A stretch of 62,785 nucleotides of DNA from a virus (taxonomy: Duplodnaviria > Caudoviricetes): positions 1 to 62,785 of the IMG/VR virus record IMGVR_UViG_3300035128_000038. One strand, given 5' to 3'. A program made the position numbers and the translations under genes. The notes below the pieces were generated by a model. That model had not been told where the DNA came from. It searched no databases and saw nothing but the letters and a program-made list of their open reading frames with translations. Of this stretch, positions 1 through 7,130 are shown piece after piece (positions within the stretch are counted from its first letter, which is position 1; every line of letters starts with the position of its first letter).

Positions 1-306
1 GGGATCCTTTTCAGGTAACTCGAATTTGTAATGACCTCCTCGCCTGGATTCCTGCCAGTACAATATCCAGAACATTTGGTTCTCCCGAAGCGCCTGAATG
101 ATACTTTCATTACCGCTCCAGCCTCCTGTGTGTAGCGTTAAAACATTTTTTTCCATGGAAACATATTCCGGCCACTTCCACCCTTCAAGAACCGCATTAA
201 CCAACTCATATGGATCACCCTGAATTACATCGTATGCCGCCACTTGGTCCAAAAACCCATCAGTCGGGTAGCCATCTTTATCAAATGTCGCTTCCATTTT
301 TTCCAT
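1..306 (-). CDS. Conserved phage hypothetical protein, 5' part; continues across the junction into 62785..62651 (~146 aa in total)
   Basis: Hand translation MEKMEATFDKDGYPTDG...LHTGGWSGNESIIQAL...SRRGGHYKFELPEKDP has no stop before base 1 and continues LRVKAMDQIW...RKPK* from the other end. Confidence 0.75.
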   Translation of the reverse strand, partial: MEKMEATFDKDGYPTDGFLDQVAAYDVIQGDPYELVNAVLEGWKWPEYVSMEKNVLTLHTGGWSGNESIIQALRENQMFWILYWQESRRGGHYKFELPEKDP

Positions 307-318
307 CACCATCCTCCA

Positions 319-945
319 TCACCCTGCGGGGAGGGCTTTAAGTCGTTTCGTTTCTGGGAGCACCTTCGGCTCTGGACCCGGTATTTTGGCAAAGTCACCC
401 GGGATGCCGGTGACGAGAAACGGTTTAGGAATGTAGTCATAAAACCCCTTCATTTCGTTATCATGCTCATAATCCCCGATGAAATACTCTGGGTGCCTGA
501 TCTTGTTGCGTGAGGCTGCCTTGTATGCCGCAACAAACTCTTTTTGCCGCCATTGCTCCTGTTCAAATCGCCAATCCAGATCACGTACCGCCCTCCAGCC
601 CCCTGTCCAGACCACCAGGGCGCCCATGAGCACAGGATCATCAAAGGCAACCGAGTTTCCATGCCCGACATATTCCATGGCCCACAAGAGTTTTCGCCAA
701 GCGAGTAGGGCTTGGTCTTCAATGCTTCCCCCGGCTAGGTCGATTATTTCCGCCGGCAAAGGGAAGGTGCCGGTTATCTTCCGGGTTTTGACTATCTCTG
801 AGCACGCCTGACTGACCTGCTCAATGGATAAGTGCTTGAGGGCCTGAAAATATATCTCGGTCTTGGCCTCTGACGGAACCTTCTCGAAAACCTCACCCAT
901 AGCCATCATTAACTCTACAAATCGCCGCTTATCTTTCTTTTCCAT
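319..945 (-). CDS. DUF6475-like phage replication-associated protein (helicase loader/inhibitor-like N-terminus)
   Basis: YFQALKHLS...FPLPAEII and SVAFDDPV...GGW...KEFVAAY motifs; directly follows the initiator gene. Confidence 0.65.
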   Translation of the reverse strand: MEKKDKRRFVELMMAMGEVFEKVPSEAKTEIYFQALKHLSIEQVSQACSEIVKTRKITGTFPLPAEIIDLAGGSIEDQALLAWRKLLWAMEYVGHGNSVAFDDPVLMGALVVWTGGWRAVRDLDWRFEQEQWRQKEFVAAYKAASRNKIRHPEYFIGDYEHDNEMKGFYDYIPKPFLVTGIPGDFAKIPGPEPKVLPETKRLKALPAG

Positions 946-1807
946 CCTTTGCCTCCTGCTTGGCTAACCACTCCTGAGGTCCGGCCATGCGCTGCGCTTG
1001 AAGTCCTTGGGCTTTGGTTCCTGAATATTTCCCGTCCATGATTTCCTCAGAGCGTTCAATGACAAAATCAAGAGTTGCCTTCCATCCACGGTCGTTTTCT
1101 CCCAGGAGAAAGGGTCTTTGTGATAGCAGGGAGATAAGTTGGGTCCACCAATTTCTATCCTTGTGGCGGTTGACGTTGGCTGTGAGTTTTTTCAGTTTGG
1201 CTGTGGGTCTGCTAAAAGGTAGGTTGACTCTAGACAGCGTATGAGGTGCTAATTCGTTCCAGATTTTAGCTACGGTCTGAATCGAAAAATGATTTCTGGA
1301 TGGTCGAGCGGCGTCAGCCGGTTGACAAGGTACGCTAGTACCTAAGTTACTCTCCTCTCCTTTACTCTCCTCTCCTTTTCTTTGTGTATTTCTGACGTAA
1401 GAAATACCTTTGCTTGTGATTTTCTTGCGCTTTAAATCTGGCTTCTTGGGAATATCTACTATGCGATTTCGGTATGCATCGCTTACTCCGTCAACAAAGT
1501 TTTGGGACCAAATGACCCTATCTGATCTCCATAATTCTGTGTCAATAGCCCCTAAAGTGGCTAATAAATTTAAAACTTCTTCAAAGAATTTCAGGTCTTT
1601 AGGTATTACTGACGTAAGAAATTCCCAAGTAACCTCATTTTCACAGTCTAAATAGTGGCCCTCGGTATCTCCCAGGATCTCCAAAAGCTTCCACCAGAAA
1701 GCATACCCATATATGCCGTGTTTCCTCTCCAGGATCTCCATTGTCTTTGTGTGACGACAATAGTGCGGGAAATAGTCAACCTTCTGCTTCTTAGGTCTGC
1801 CAGCCAT
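929..1807 (-). CDS. Phage replication initiator (DUF4373/Lin1244-like N-terminal domain)
   Basis: MAGRPKKQKVDYFPH...GIYGYAFWWKLLE N-terminus, KGEESKGEES linker, C-terminal GWKATLDFVI...IMDGKY. Confidence 0.75.
   Translation of the reverse strand: MAGRPKKQKVDYFPHYCRHTKTMEILERKHGIYGYAFWWKLLEILGDTEGHYLDCENEVTWEFLTSVIPKDLKFFEEVLNLLATLGAIDTELWRSDRVIWSQNFVDGVSDAYRNRIVDIPKKPDLKRKKITSKGISYVRNTQRKGEESKGEESNLGTSVPCQPADAARPSRNHFSIQTVAKIWNELAPHTLSRVNLPFSRPTAKLKKLTANVNRHKDRNWWTQLISLLSQRPFLLGENDRGWKATLDFVIERSEEIMDGKYSGTKAQGLQAQRMAGPQEWLAKQEAKDGKER
1388..1622. repeat. Candidate origin iterons inside the initiator gene
   Basis: 14-bp direct repeat CTGACGTAAGAAAT at 1392-1405 and 1609-1622; the first copy lies in the dyad ATTTCT-GACGTA-AGAAAT (1388-1405), next to a pyrimidine tract at 1350-1383. 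Confidence 0.45.
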
Positions 1808-1814
1808 CATCCAC

Positions 1815-2009
1815 TCACGAATTTTTCATGCTTTGCGGGTCAATTTCATCCCAGCGTTCAGTTTCATACCGTTCGCTTTCGCCGTCGGCGAACCCTTTAA
1901 GCCATGCCGCCCGGCGGGGTTTGTCGTGGAACTGGCAATCATCGGGAGTCTTCCTGCCTGCCTTGCCAGCCCGCCGGCCCATGATGTAAAAATGGGAGTA
2001 GTCTTTCAC
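1815..2009 (-). CDS. Small Rmf/CrpP-like protein
   Basis: GRRAGKAG...C.F.....AAWLKGF pattern; overlap-coupled to the upstream ORF. Confidence 0.45.
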   Translation of the reverse strand: MKDYSHFYIMGRRAGKAGRKTPDDCQFHDKPRRAAWLKGFADGESERYETERWDEIDPQSMKNS

Positions 2010-2164
2010 TTAGTCCACCTAACCCTGGGTATTGGCATCACCAGCACGTGAGGGGATAGAGCCTGGAGCCGGTCCCGGTGCCGCCGGCAGGAATAGATCG
2101 GTTTGCCAGCACGGGAGTAGCCTCTCCAGGTAGCGTTGCGGCTGTCACACCAGGCGCATTTCAT
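2006..2164 (-). CDS. 52-aa zinc-finger-like hypothetical protein (not in ORF track)
   Basis: MKCAWCDS...YSCRRH; ATGA/GTGA overlaps with both neighbours. Confidence 0.55.
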   Translation of the reverse strand: MKCAWCDSRNATWRGYSRAGKPIYSCRRHRDRLQALSPHVLVMPIPRVRWTK

Positions 2165-2481
2165 TTCGCCTCCCACCCCAGCGCCTTTTCGATGGCTTTT
2201 ACAAACCCAATCAAGGTATTGCTGTCAACCATCCGGCCCATTTCTTGGAGATCGTAACCCAGGTTTCCCAATTCAGGTTTCCGTTGTTCCAGCACACTCC
2301 GCAGTTCCGCTACCTGGTCCTCAAGTCGCTCATTATCATTCCGGTATGCCTCAACTCCGTATCCCAATTGCATATTTTCTGTTTCCAACTCCTCCACCTG
2401 GGCCTGGAGGTTGGCGATTTCATGTTGCAACTCGGCGTTCTCTAAAATAAGATCAGCGGTTGGTGTCAATAGCATTCTCAA
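2161..2481 (-). CDS. Coiled-coil hypothetical protein
   Basis: Heptad-rich sequence, operon context. Confidence 0.6.
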   Translation of the reverse strand: MRMLLTPTADLILENAELQHEIANLQAQVEELETENMQLGYGVEAYRNDNERLEDQVAELRSVLEQRKPELGNLGYDLQEMGRMVDSNTLIGFVKAIEKALGWEAK

Positions 2482-2489
2482 AATCCCCC

Positions 2490-2885
2490 TTACTTTCTCG
2501 TCAGTTCTACCAGTTGTCCCTCTGTAAATTTGGCATTGTATTCATACCAAACATAATCACTATCGGAATTTACGTCACCGATATATGTATAAAAGTTGAG
2601 AATACCATGAAAATCCATGTCAATATCAGCAACAGGTATATTTCTTTGTGAGCCTATTAAAGAGAACAAACCATCTTCATCCCATTCTGGTTTTCCCCAA
2701 TAGGGCCTCTCTTCTTTTGGAACCTCTACTGTTTTCGTCTTGTGATAAATCAATCTACCTTCATTGGAAATGGTGTAGGTGTCCATGAGATTATTAAAAT
2801 CTTTAGTTTGAAAAGAGTGATGTTGTACCTCAGTGTCTGGTACAGGGTATTCACATTTAATATAATCAAACATTCCCATAATCAT
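2490..2885 (-). CDS. Conserved phage hypothetical protein (MGMFDYIKC family)
   Basis: GMFDYIKCEYP...FQTKD...EYNAKFTEGQL; AT-rich, first gene downstream of attP. Confidence 0.7.
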   Translation of the reverse strand: MIMGMFDYIKCEYPVPDTEVQHHSFQTKDFNNLMDTYTISNEGRLIYHKTKTVEVPKEERPYWGKPEWDEDGLFSLIGSQRNIPVADIDMDFHGILNFYTYIGDVNSDSDYVWYEYNAKFTEGQLVELTRK

Positions 2886-2924
2886 TCCTTCGGGGTCGAG
2901 TTGGGGGTTAGGGTGTTAATCTCA

Positions 2925-3129
2925 GGGGAGCATCCAGGCGCGCTTTGTGTTCTCCGGGGAGCATGGGGGGGCACCTGGAGGCACAAAGGCTCCGGTAAAT
3001 GTGCATGATTAGTGAAGGTAGAATGTAGGCGAGAGTCCTTGGGAGCAGGAGGTCGGCGGTTCAAATCCGCCCGTCCCGACCAGATTTCAGGGGTTCTTAC
3101 TAAAAGCCAGGGGAGCCTGTTAGGGGAGC
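2925..3129. repeat. Putative integrase arm-type sites flanking the attP core
   Basis: GGGGAGC at 2925-2931 and 2956-2962 (left of core) and at 3110-3116 and 3123-3129 (right of core). Confidence 0.55.
3038..3082 (+). other. attP: attP core: 3' half of a tRNA-Pro(TGG) gene
   Basis: CT-TGG-GA anticodon loop, GCAGG, GGCGG-TTCAAAT-CCGCC T arm and CGTCCCG-A-CCA end; no 5' half upstream; 17 bp from the integrase stop. Confidence 0.88.
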
Positions 3130-4152
3130 TTTGGTAAAAATATCGCCCTCCAGGGTCGCCAAAGCATCCCTTGATGCCTGGTCCACCACCTGGAGGTAAC
3201 GCTCGGTTGTTGCCTTGTTCTGGTGCCTCAGAAGCTTGCTTACTTGAGCCACCCCGACTTTTTCTCTGTCGTGCAGGAGGCTGGCTACATAGTGACGAAT
3301 CGCATGAAAGCCGAAGTGTCTCACCCCGGCCCGTTTGCAGATGGTTTTCATCAGTTTGGGGCGCCGCATGTATCGGTTGCCTGTTTTGGGATTGAGGAAA
3401 ACCCAGGAATCCTGCACCCTGTCTCGCCAAAGGCCATGTAACGTGATGTAACAGACTTCGTTCATCGGCAGGGTATCCCCCTGCCAACTCCCGTCCCGGC
3501 GCTTCCTGGTCCACAGAGTGACCGTACGTTCTTCGAAGTTCACGTCCTCCCACCTGAGCCTCAATATCTCGTCCAGGCGACCTAAGGTATGGTAGAGCAC
3601 CAAGAGAAAGGGCCGATGCTCCCCCGCCGCCAGAAATATTTTCGCCATTTCTTCCGGCGTGGGTATCGCCCTCACAAAGCGGGGCTCGGGGAGCTTTGCT
3701 AAGAAAGCGCATGGATCGGATACAATGAATCTTCGCTTATAGGCCCACCGAAGTAGGGTGCAGAGATCCTTTCGATGGCGGTTAGCATTGATATTGCTAT
3801 GGCGCGTTTGTAAATACGATTCGAGGACCGGGAGAGAAAGTCGCTCAACTGGCAGATTCCCGGCGAAGGCGATAAAGGACCGAAAAACAAAGCGTTTATA
3901 TTTCCACGTCTTGGGGGTATGCCGCCGTTCCGACCACCGCAGATACTCATTCGCTATCTCCAAGAAGGTTAAACGGGTCGGCTGACTGCCCTTCTTTTTT
4001 ACCTCTGCCTTGTGCCTTGATTCCTCGGCACGGGCCTCGGCCTTGGTTTTGTAGGTGGGAGGCTGCCCCCGGGTTGCGGTGTTGTAATATCTCTGGCCCC
4101 GGTAAACGAACCGATACCTCCAGCCCCGGCCCTTTTCCTTCCAAACTGGCAT
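3100..4152 (-). CDS. int: Tyrosine recombinase/integrase
   Basis: N-terminal arm-binding GWRYRF, catalytic R (TLGRLDEIL), HAIRH, LLRH and TTERY motifs. Confidence 0.95.
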   Translation of the reverse strand: MPVWKEKGRGWRYRFVYRGQRYYNTATRGQPPTYKTKAEARAEESRHKAEVKKKGSQPTRLTFLEIANEYLRWSERRHTPKTWKYKRFVFRSFIAFAGNLPVERLSLPVLESYLQTRHSNINANRHRKDLCTLLRWAYKRRFIVSDPCAFLAKLPEPRFVRAIPTPEEMAKIFLAAGEHRPFLLVLYHTLGRLDEILRLRWEDVNFEERTVTLWTRKRRDGSWQGDTLPMNEVCYITLHGLWRDRVQDSWVFLNPKTGNRYMRRPKLMKTICKRAGVRHFGFHAIRHYVASLLHDREKVGVAQVSKLLRHQNKATTERYLQVVDQASRDALATLEGDIFTKAPLTGSPGF

Positions 4153-4294
4153 TTATCCGGTCCCTCCTGAACCTTAGCTTGCGAATGCCCGCCGGGTAAA
4201 ATCCCCCCAAACGGTGCTTATGCTTATAGACACATCTCAAGCTGATTTGCAAGAGGCTCGCAACCTCTGCCGGGGTCAGGAGGGGGTGGGTCAA
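3947..4294 (-). CDS. xis: Excisionase-like HTH protein; C-terminal half overlaps int in another frame
   Basis: LLTPAEVASLLQISLRCVY...LRF winged-HTH motif; TTG start at 4294 overlaps the upstream TGA. Confidence 0.7.
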   Translation of the reverse strand: MTHPLLTPAEVASLLQISLRCVYKHKHRLGGFYPAGIRKLRFRRDRINASLEGKGPGLEVSVRLPGPEILQHRNPGAASHLQNQGRGPCRGIKAQGRGKKEGQSADPFNLLGDSE

Positions 4295-4626
4295 AACAAA
4301 TCTCCCTGTAACATTTCCCGGGGGCGCAGGCGCCAGGTATGGACCTTTTTCCCCCAAGATCCCATGACCATGTGCGTGGTCTTATCTAAAAAGCCGTCAT
4401 CGGTTAAATTGGTTATGGCTCTTTGCACAGAAGTATATGGAGCGTTAGGAAGGACTAGTCGGTTGATTTCTTCTCGAGAGTAAAGCCTGCTCGGATTGGC
4501 CTGAAAAAATAACAGTATGGTCTCCTGTTGCTTGCGGGCCTGGATACGGGAGGACCGCAATTCTGCGCCCCTCTCCCGGTTGGTGTTGTAGTAGTCCCGG
4601 CTAAACTGGTCCTGAACCTCGTTCAT
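4291..4626 (-). CDS. Winged-helix DNA-binding hypothetical protein
   Basis: YSREEI...TSVQRAITNLTDDGFL...GKKVHTWRL; QGDLF C-terminal motif. Confidence 0.65.
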   Translation of the reverse strand: MNEVQDQFSRDYYNTNRERGAELRSSRIQARKQQETILLFFQANPSRLYSREEINRLVLPNAPYTSVQRAITNLTDDGFLDKTTHMVMGSWGKKVHTWRLRPREMLQGDLF

Positions 4627-5000
4627 TTTCCTTTCATCTTCTCCAAGGCCCCGAGAATGTCCCGGAGAGCCGCAATGGTGTCCTCGACGTTTCCGTTCAA
4701 TTGAATGGATACCCTTCCGAACATAGCGTTCAGTTCGTCAAGGATGGTCAGGTCGCCGGATTCTTCAAGAAGTTGTGGTAGGTAACAGAGGGGGAAATTG
4801 CGCTCGTGGTCCTGGGGAGATAGCCACTTATAAACCACGGTAGGGTTTCTGCCCAAGACTTTAGCCAGGGCTTCAACCGCAAGATTAGAGCGCAAAACGG
4901 TCTTTTGAACCCAATGGCCACCCTCTTGCTCGGGGGCTCGCTTAAACTCTCTTAATTTCGCTTTGTCCAAAGCTGTCCACCTCTGGGAAAGTCTGTCCAA
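4623..5000 (-). CDS. CII-like regulatory protein (start uncertain, TTG at 5000 or 4970)
   Basis: LAKVLGRNPTVVYKWLSP...FPL HTH; located downstream of the cro-like gene. Confidence 0.6.
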   Translation of the reverse strand: MDRLSQRWTALDKAKLREFKRAPEQEGGHWVQKTVLRSNLAVEALAKVLGRNPTVVYKWLSPQDHERNFPLCYLPQLLEESGDLTILDELNAMFGRVSIQLNGNVEDTIAALRDILGALEKMKGK

Positions 5001-5029
5001 AAAGCCCTTAAAATTTTTTGAAAATTCGC

Positions 5030-5059
5030 TTGATAAGGTTTAAGGTGGGAAATTAGAAT
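5030..5059 (+). promoter_or_regulatory. Putative rightward P_RE-like promoter
   Basis: TTGATA-N18-TAGAAT; TGTCCA direct repeats upstream at 4964, 4974 and 4994. Confidence 0.5.
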
Positions 5060-5079
5060 ATTACGCAGGAGGTCTACCC

Positions 5080-5232
5080 ATGATTCAACAACTTCATGTG
5101 ATAACGCCGGCGCAAGAGGCCATGGGACGGGCGATAACCATGCTGCCCTATCTAGAGGGAGTGGTAATTGCCGCGGTGATCTCATGGGCCGCTCTGGTAT
5201 GGGTCCGCATCTGGCGGGAGTGGAAGGGGTAG
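5080..5232 (+). CDS. 50-aa single-pass membrane protein antisense to the lytic operon (not in ORF track)
   Basis: AGGAGG at 5067-5072, ATG at 5080; MIQQLHVITPAQEAMGRAITMLPYLEGVVIAAVISWAALVWVRIWREWKG. Confidence 0.6.
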   Translation: MIQQLHVITPAQEAMGRAITMLPYLEGVVIAAVISWAALVWVRIWREWKG

Positions 5233-5235
5233 GCA

Positions 5236-5433
5236 TTAGGTCGGCCACAGGTCGGGGCGGAAATAACCCGCCGGTATCCCTGTGATTTGAGAAAGCAGCA
5301 AGGATAGAGCCGGTCCAGGCTGTCTTTGCCCGTTGAGGATAAACCCAATATAGGTTGGGGTGCGGTTGACTTCCTTAGCTAAATCCTTCTGCGTCCACCC
5401 CTTTTCCTTTAACCAATTTTTCAGTTCTTCCAT
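5236..5433 (-). CDS. Cro-like XRE HTH repressor (likely start ATG 5433)
   Basis: LKNWLKEKGWTQKDLAKEVNRTPTYIGFILNGQRQP and FRPDLW tail; divergent from the cI-like gene. Confidence 0.85.
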   Translation of the reverse strand: MEELKNWLKEKGWTQKDLAKEVNRTPTYIGFILNGQRQPGPALSLLLSQITGIPAGYFRPDLWPT

Positions 5434-5442
5434 TTGGAAGAT

Positions 5443-5482
5443 AGGGTATAACATTTTGTCTGTCCATGTCAAACTTTTTGTT
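5443..5482 (-). promoter_or_regulatory. Leftward lytic promoter with two operator-like boxes
   Basis: TTGACA (5472-5467)-N18-TACCCT (5448-5443); boxes GACAAAATGTT (5460-5450) and AACAAAAAGTT (5482-5472). Confidence 0.65.
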
Positions 5483-5525
5483 GTCTTTTCCGAAAAACTT
5501 TACATTTTAGGAGGAGGGGTATACC

Positions 5526-5909
5526 ATGAAGAGAAGTGAGGGTGAAAACCTTAGGGCAATGAGGGAACATGAGGGCTACTCCCAAAAGGAATTGGGAGAA
5601 TTAGCCGGGATAAGCCCCAAAACCATCGGGGGTTATGAGAACGGTAAGCGAAACCTGGGCAGAATCAACGGCCCACGGCTGGCAAAAGCGTTTGGATTAC
5701 CACTTAATGACTTCTGGTTTTTAATCCGTAGCGAAGGTGGTCGAGAAATGATTCAGACTTGGATGATGGTGAGCAAGATGGACGACCCCCAAGATAAACA
5801 GAGAGTCTTGAGAGCCGTACGGAAATTGGTAAGCACTAGAGTTGATGAAAGGTCAGTTTTTGAGTTAATGCTGCAAAACATTGAAACGCTTGGGAATAAA
5901 CCAGAATAA
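5526..5909 (+). CDS. CI-like XRE HTH repressor, no S24 peptidase domain
   Basis: LRAMREHEGYSQKELGELAGISPKTIGGYENGKR; strong AGGAGG RBS. Confidence 0.85.
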   Translation: MKRSEGENLRAMREHEGYSQKELGELAGISPKTIGGYENGKRNLGRINGPRLAKAFGLPLNDFWFLIRSEGGREMIQTWMMVSKMDDPQDKQRVLRAVRKLVSTRVDERSVFELMLQNIETLGNKPE

Positions 5910-5950
5910 AATCCCCAGAATGATCAGTTAGCCTCAGAAAATCCCCTACC

Positions 5951-6012
5951 AACAAAAAGTTTACCCCACCTTAATTTTTCCCTTGACAGTCTAACAAATT
6001 GTTTGATAGAGT
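5951..6012 (+). promoter_or_regulatory. Rightward early promoter with two operator-like boxes
   Basis: TTGACA (5983-5988)-N18-TAGAGT (6007-6012) with extended TG; boxes AACAAAAAGTT (5951-5961) and AACAAATTGTT (5993-6003). Confidence 0.65.
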
Positions 6013-6212
6013 GGTTTCCAATCGGTAAGCATTTCGGGTGCAGGTGCTTCACCGGCCCGAAGCCTGGGAGGGCAGTACCAAGATGAGTAGGGACGATGAC
6101 CCAAACCCCCTGACTTCCAGGCAGCCGGGACAGACCATTGGCTACCCCGGCAACTCCTGGCCCAGCACGGGAGCAATTAACCGCAGAGAAATTTTTCAGG
6201 TGAATGACGAGT

Positions 6213-6238
6213 ACCCCGGGGCTGGGACCGGGGGTTTT
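6213..6238 (+). terminator. Putative intrinsic terminator/attenuator in the early leader
   Basis: CCCCGG-8 nt-CCGGGG hairpin followed by GTTTT, just before the first early RBS. Confidence 0.45.
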
Positions 6239-6255
6239 AACCCATAGGAGAACCC

Positions 6256-7083
6256 ATGTGCGATTTTTTTAGCTTTGTGAGTGACCCTAACAAACCGTTG
6301 TCCGAGAGGTTCCTCTATTTCGATTGGGACATCAGGCAGCAAATCCTCTCTGGCTCCCTGGACTATTACCATGACAGCCATACATCCATATCCCACTATT
6401 ACGGCTATACGGGCTCCGAAGAGGACACCCTGAACAAATACGAGTTCAATCCCCTCACCGGCAAGTTTCAAGTGGACCAGATCAACCATAAAATTGATGA
6501 CCGCCAGGAGGCTGAAAAATGGGTGCGGCGTTTGGATTTTAATAAGGTCTGCCCGCTGCTTATCATCAAACCCCTCATTAACCCCCTTAAAATCCCTCCC
6601 TGCAAAGTCTCTACCAAAGACATTGCCAATCTCAAGAAGTGGAATTCGGTCGGGAATCCGATCTGGGATTCGGTCTACAATTCGGTCTACAATTCGGTCG
6701 GGAATCCGGTCGGGAATTCGGTCGGGAATTCGGTCGGGAATCCGATCTGGGATTCGGTCATGAATTCGGTCGGGAATTCGGTCGGGAATTCGGTCAGGAA
6801 TTCGGTCGGGAATCCGATCTGGGATTCGATCTGGGATTCGGTCAGGAATTCGGTCTGGGATTCGGTCGGGAATCCGGTCGGGAATTCGGTCTGGAATTCG
6901 GTCGGGAATTCGGTCAGGGCTTATATCTCCTCATTTTTTAAAATTGACATTGAAAATGATTTTTCCCCCCTGTTGGCTCTTTACAAAAGAGGGTTCGTTC
7001 CTTCCTTCGATGGTACTACCTGGAGGCTCCATAGTGGCAAGAATGCCAACATCGTTTATGAGTGGAAACCAGAAAGGACATAA
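6256..7083 (+). CDS. Tetrapeptide-repeat protein ([W/G/R/Y/M]-[N/D]-[S/P]-[V/I] x23)
   Basis: AGGAG RBS; non-repetitive N- and C-terminal parts flank an in-frame repeat tract. Confidence 0.85.
   Translation: MCDFFSFVSDPNKPLSERFLYFDWDIRQQILSGSLDYYHDSHTSISHYYGYTGSEEDTLNKYEFNPLTGKFQVDQINHKIDDRQEAEKWVRRLDFNKVCPLLIIKPLINPLKIPPCKVSTKDIANLKKWNSVGNPIWDSVYNSVYNSVGNPVGNSVGNSVGNPIWDSVMNSVGNSVGNSVRNSVGNPIWDSIWDSVRNSVWDSVGNPVGNSVWNSVGNSVRAYISSFFKIDIENDFSPLLALYKRGFVPSFDGTTWRLHSGKNANIVYEWKPERT
6640..6915 (+). repeat. 23 x 12-bp degenerate tandem repeat (consensus GGGAATTCGGTC)
   Basis: Units counted directly from the sequence and translation. Confidence 0.95.
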
Positions 7084-7130
7084 AATTTTGATGATGGCCG
7101 TTAATCAGAGAACGCCGAGGATAACGATTT

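Noticed and set aside
3038-3082. Functional tRNA-Pro gene
   Set aside because: The 5' acceptor strand, D arm and 5' anticodon stem are missing; it fits an attP core
2882-3712. 276-aa minus-strand ORF
   Set aside because: Overlaps int out of frame and reads through attP; WSGRADLNRRPPAPK is the antisense translation of the tRNA fragment
4952-5248. 98-aa minus-strand ORF between cro and the cII-like gene
   Set aside because: Pro-rich with no recognisable motif, and the opposite strand has a promoter, strong SD and TM ORF; not fully excluded
6640-6915. CRISPR array or DGR variable region
   Set aside because: The 12-bp units are contiguous with no unique spacers and keep the reading frame; no cas genes, reverse transcriptase or template/variable repeat pair was found
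6640-6915. Restriction-site decoy (11 GAATTC copies)
   Set aside because: Explained by the G-AAT-TCG codon context of the peptide repeat; no independent support
6494-6941. Alternative-frame ORFs (RSGI and EFGR repeats)
   Set aside because: Open only because the repeat unit lacks stops; no RBS
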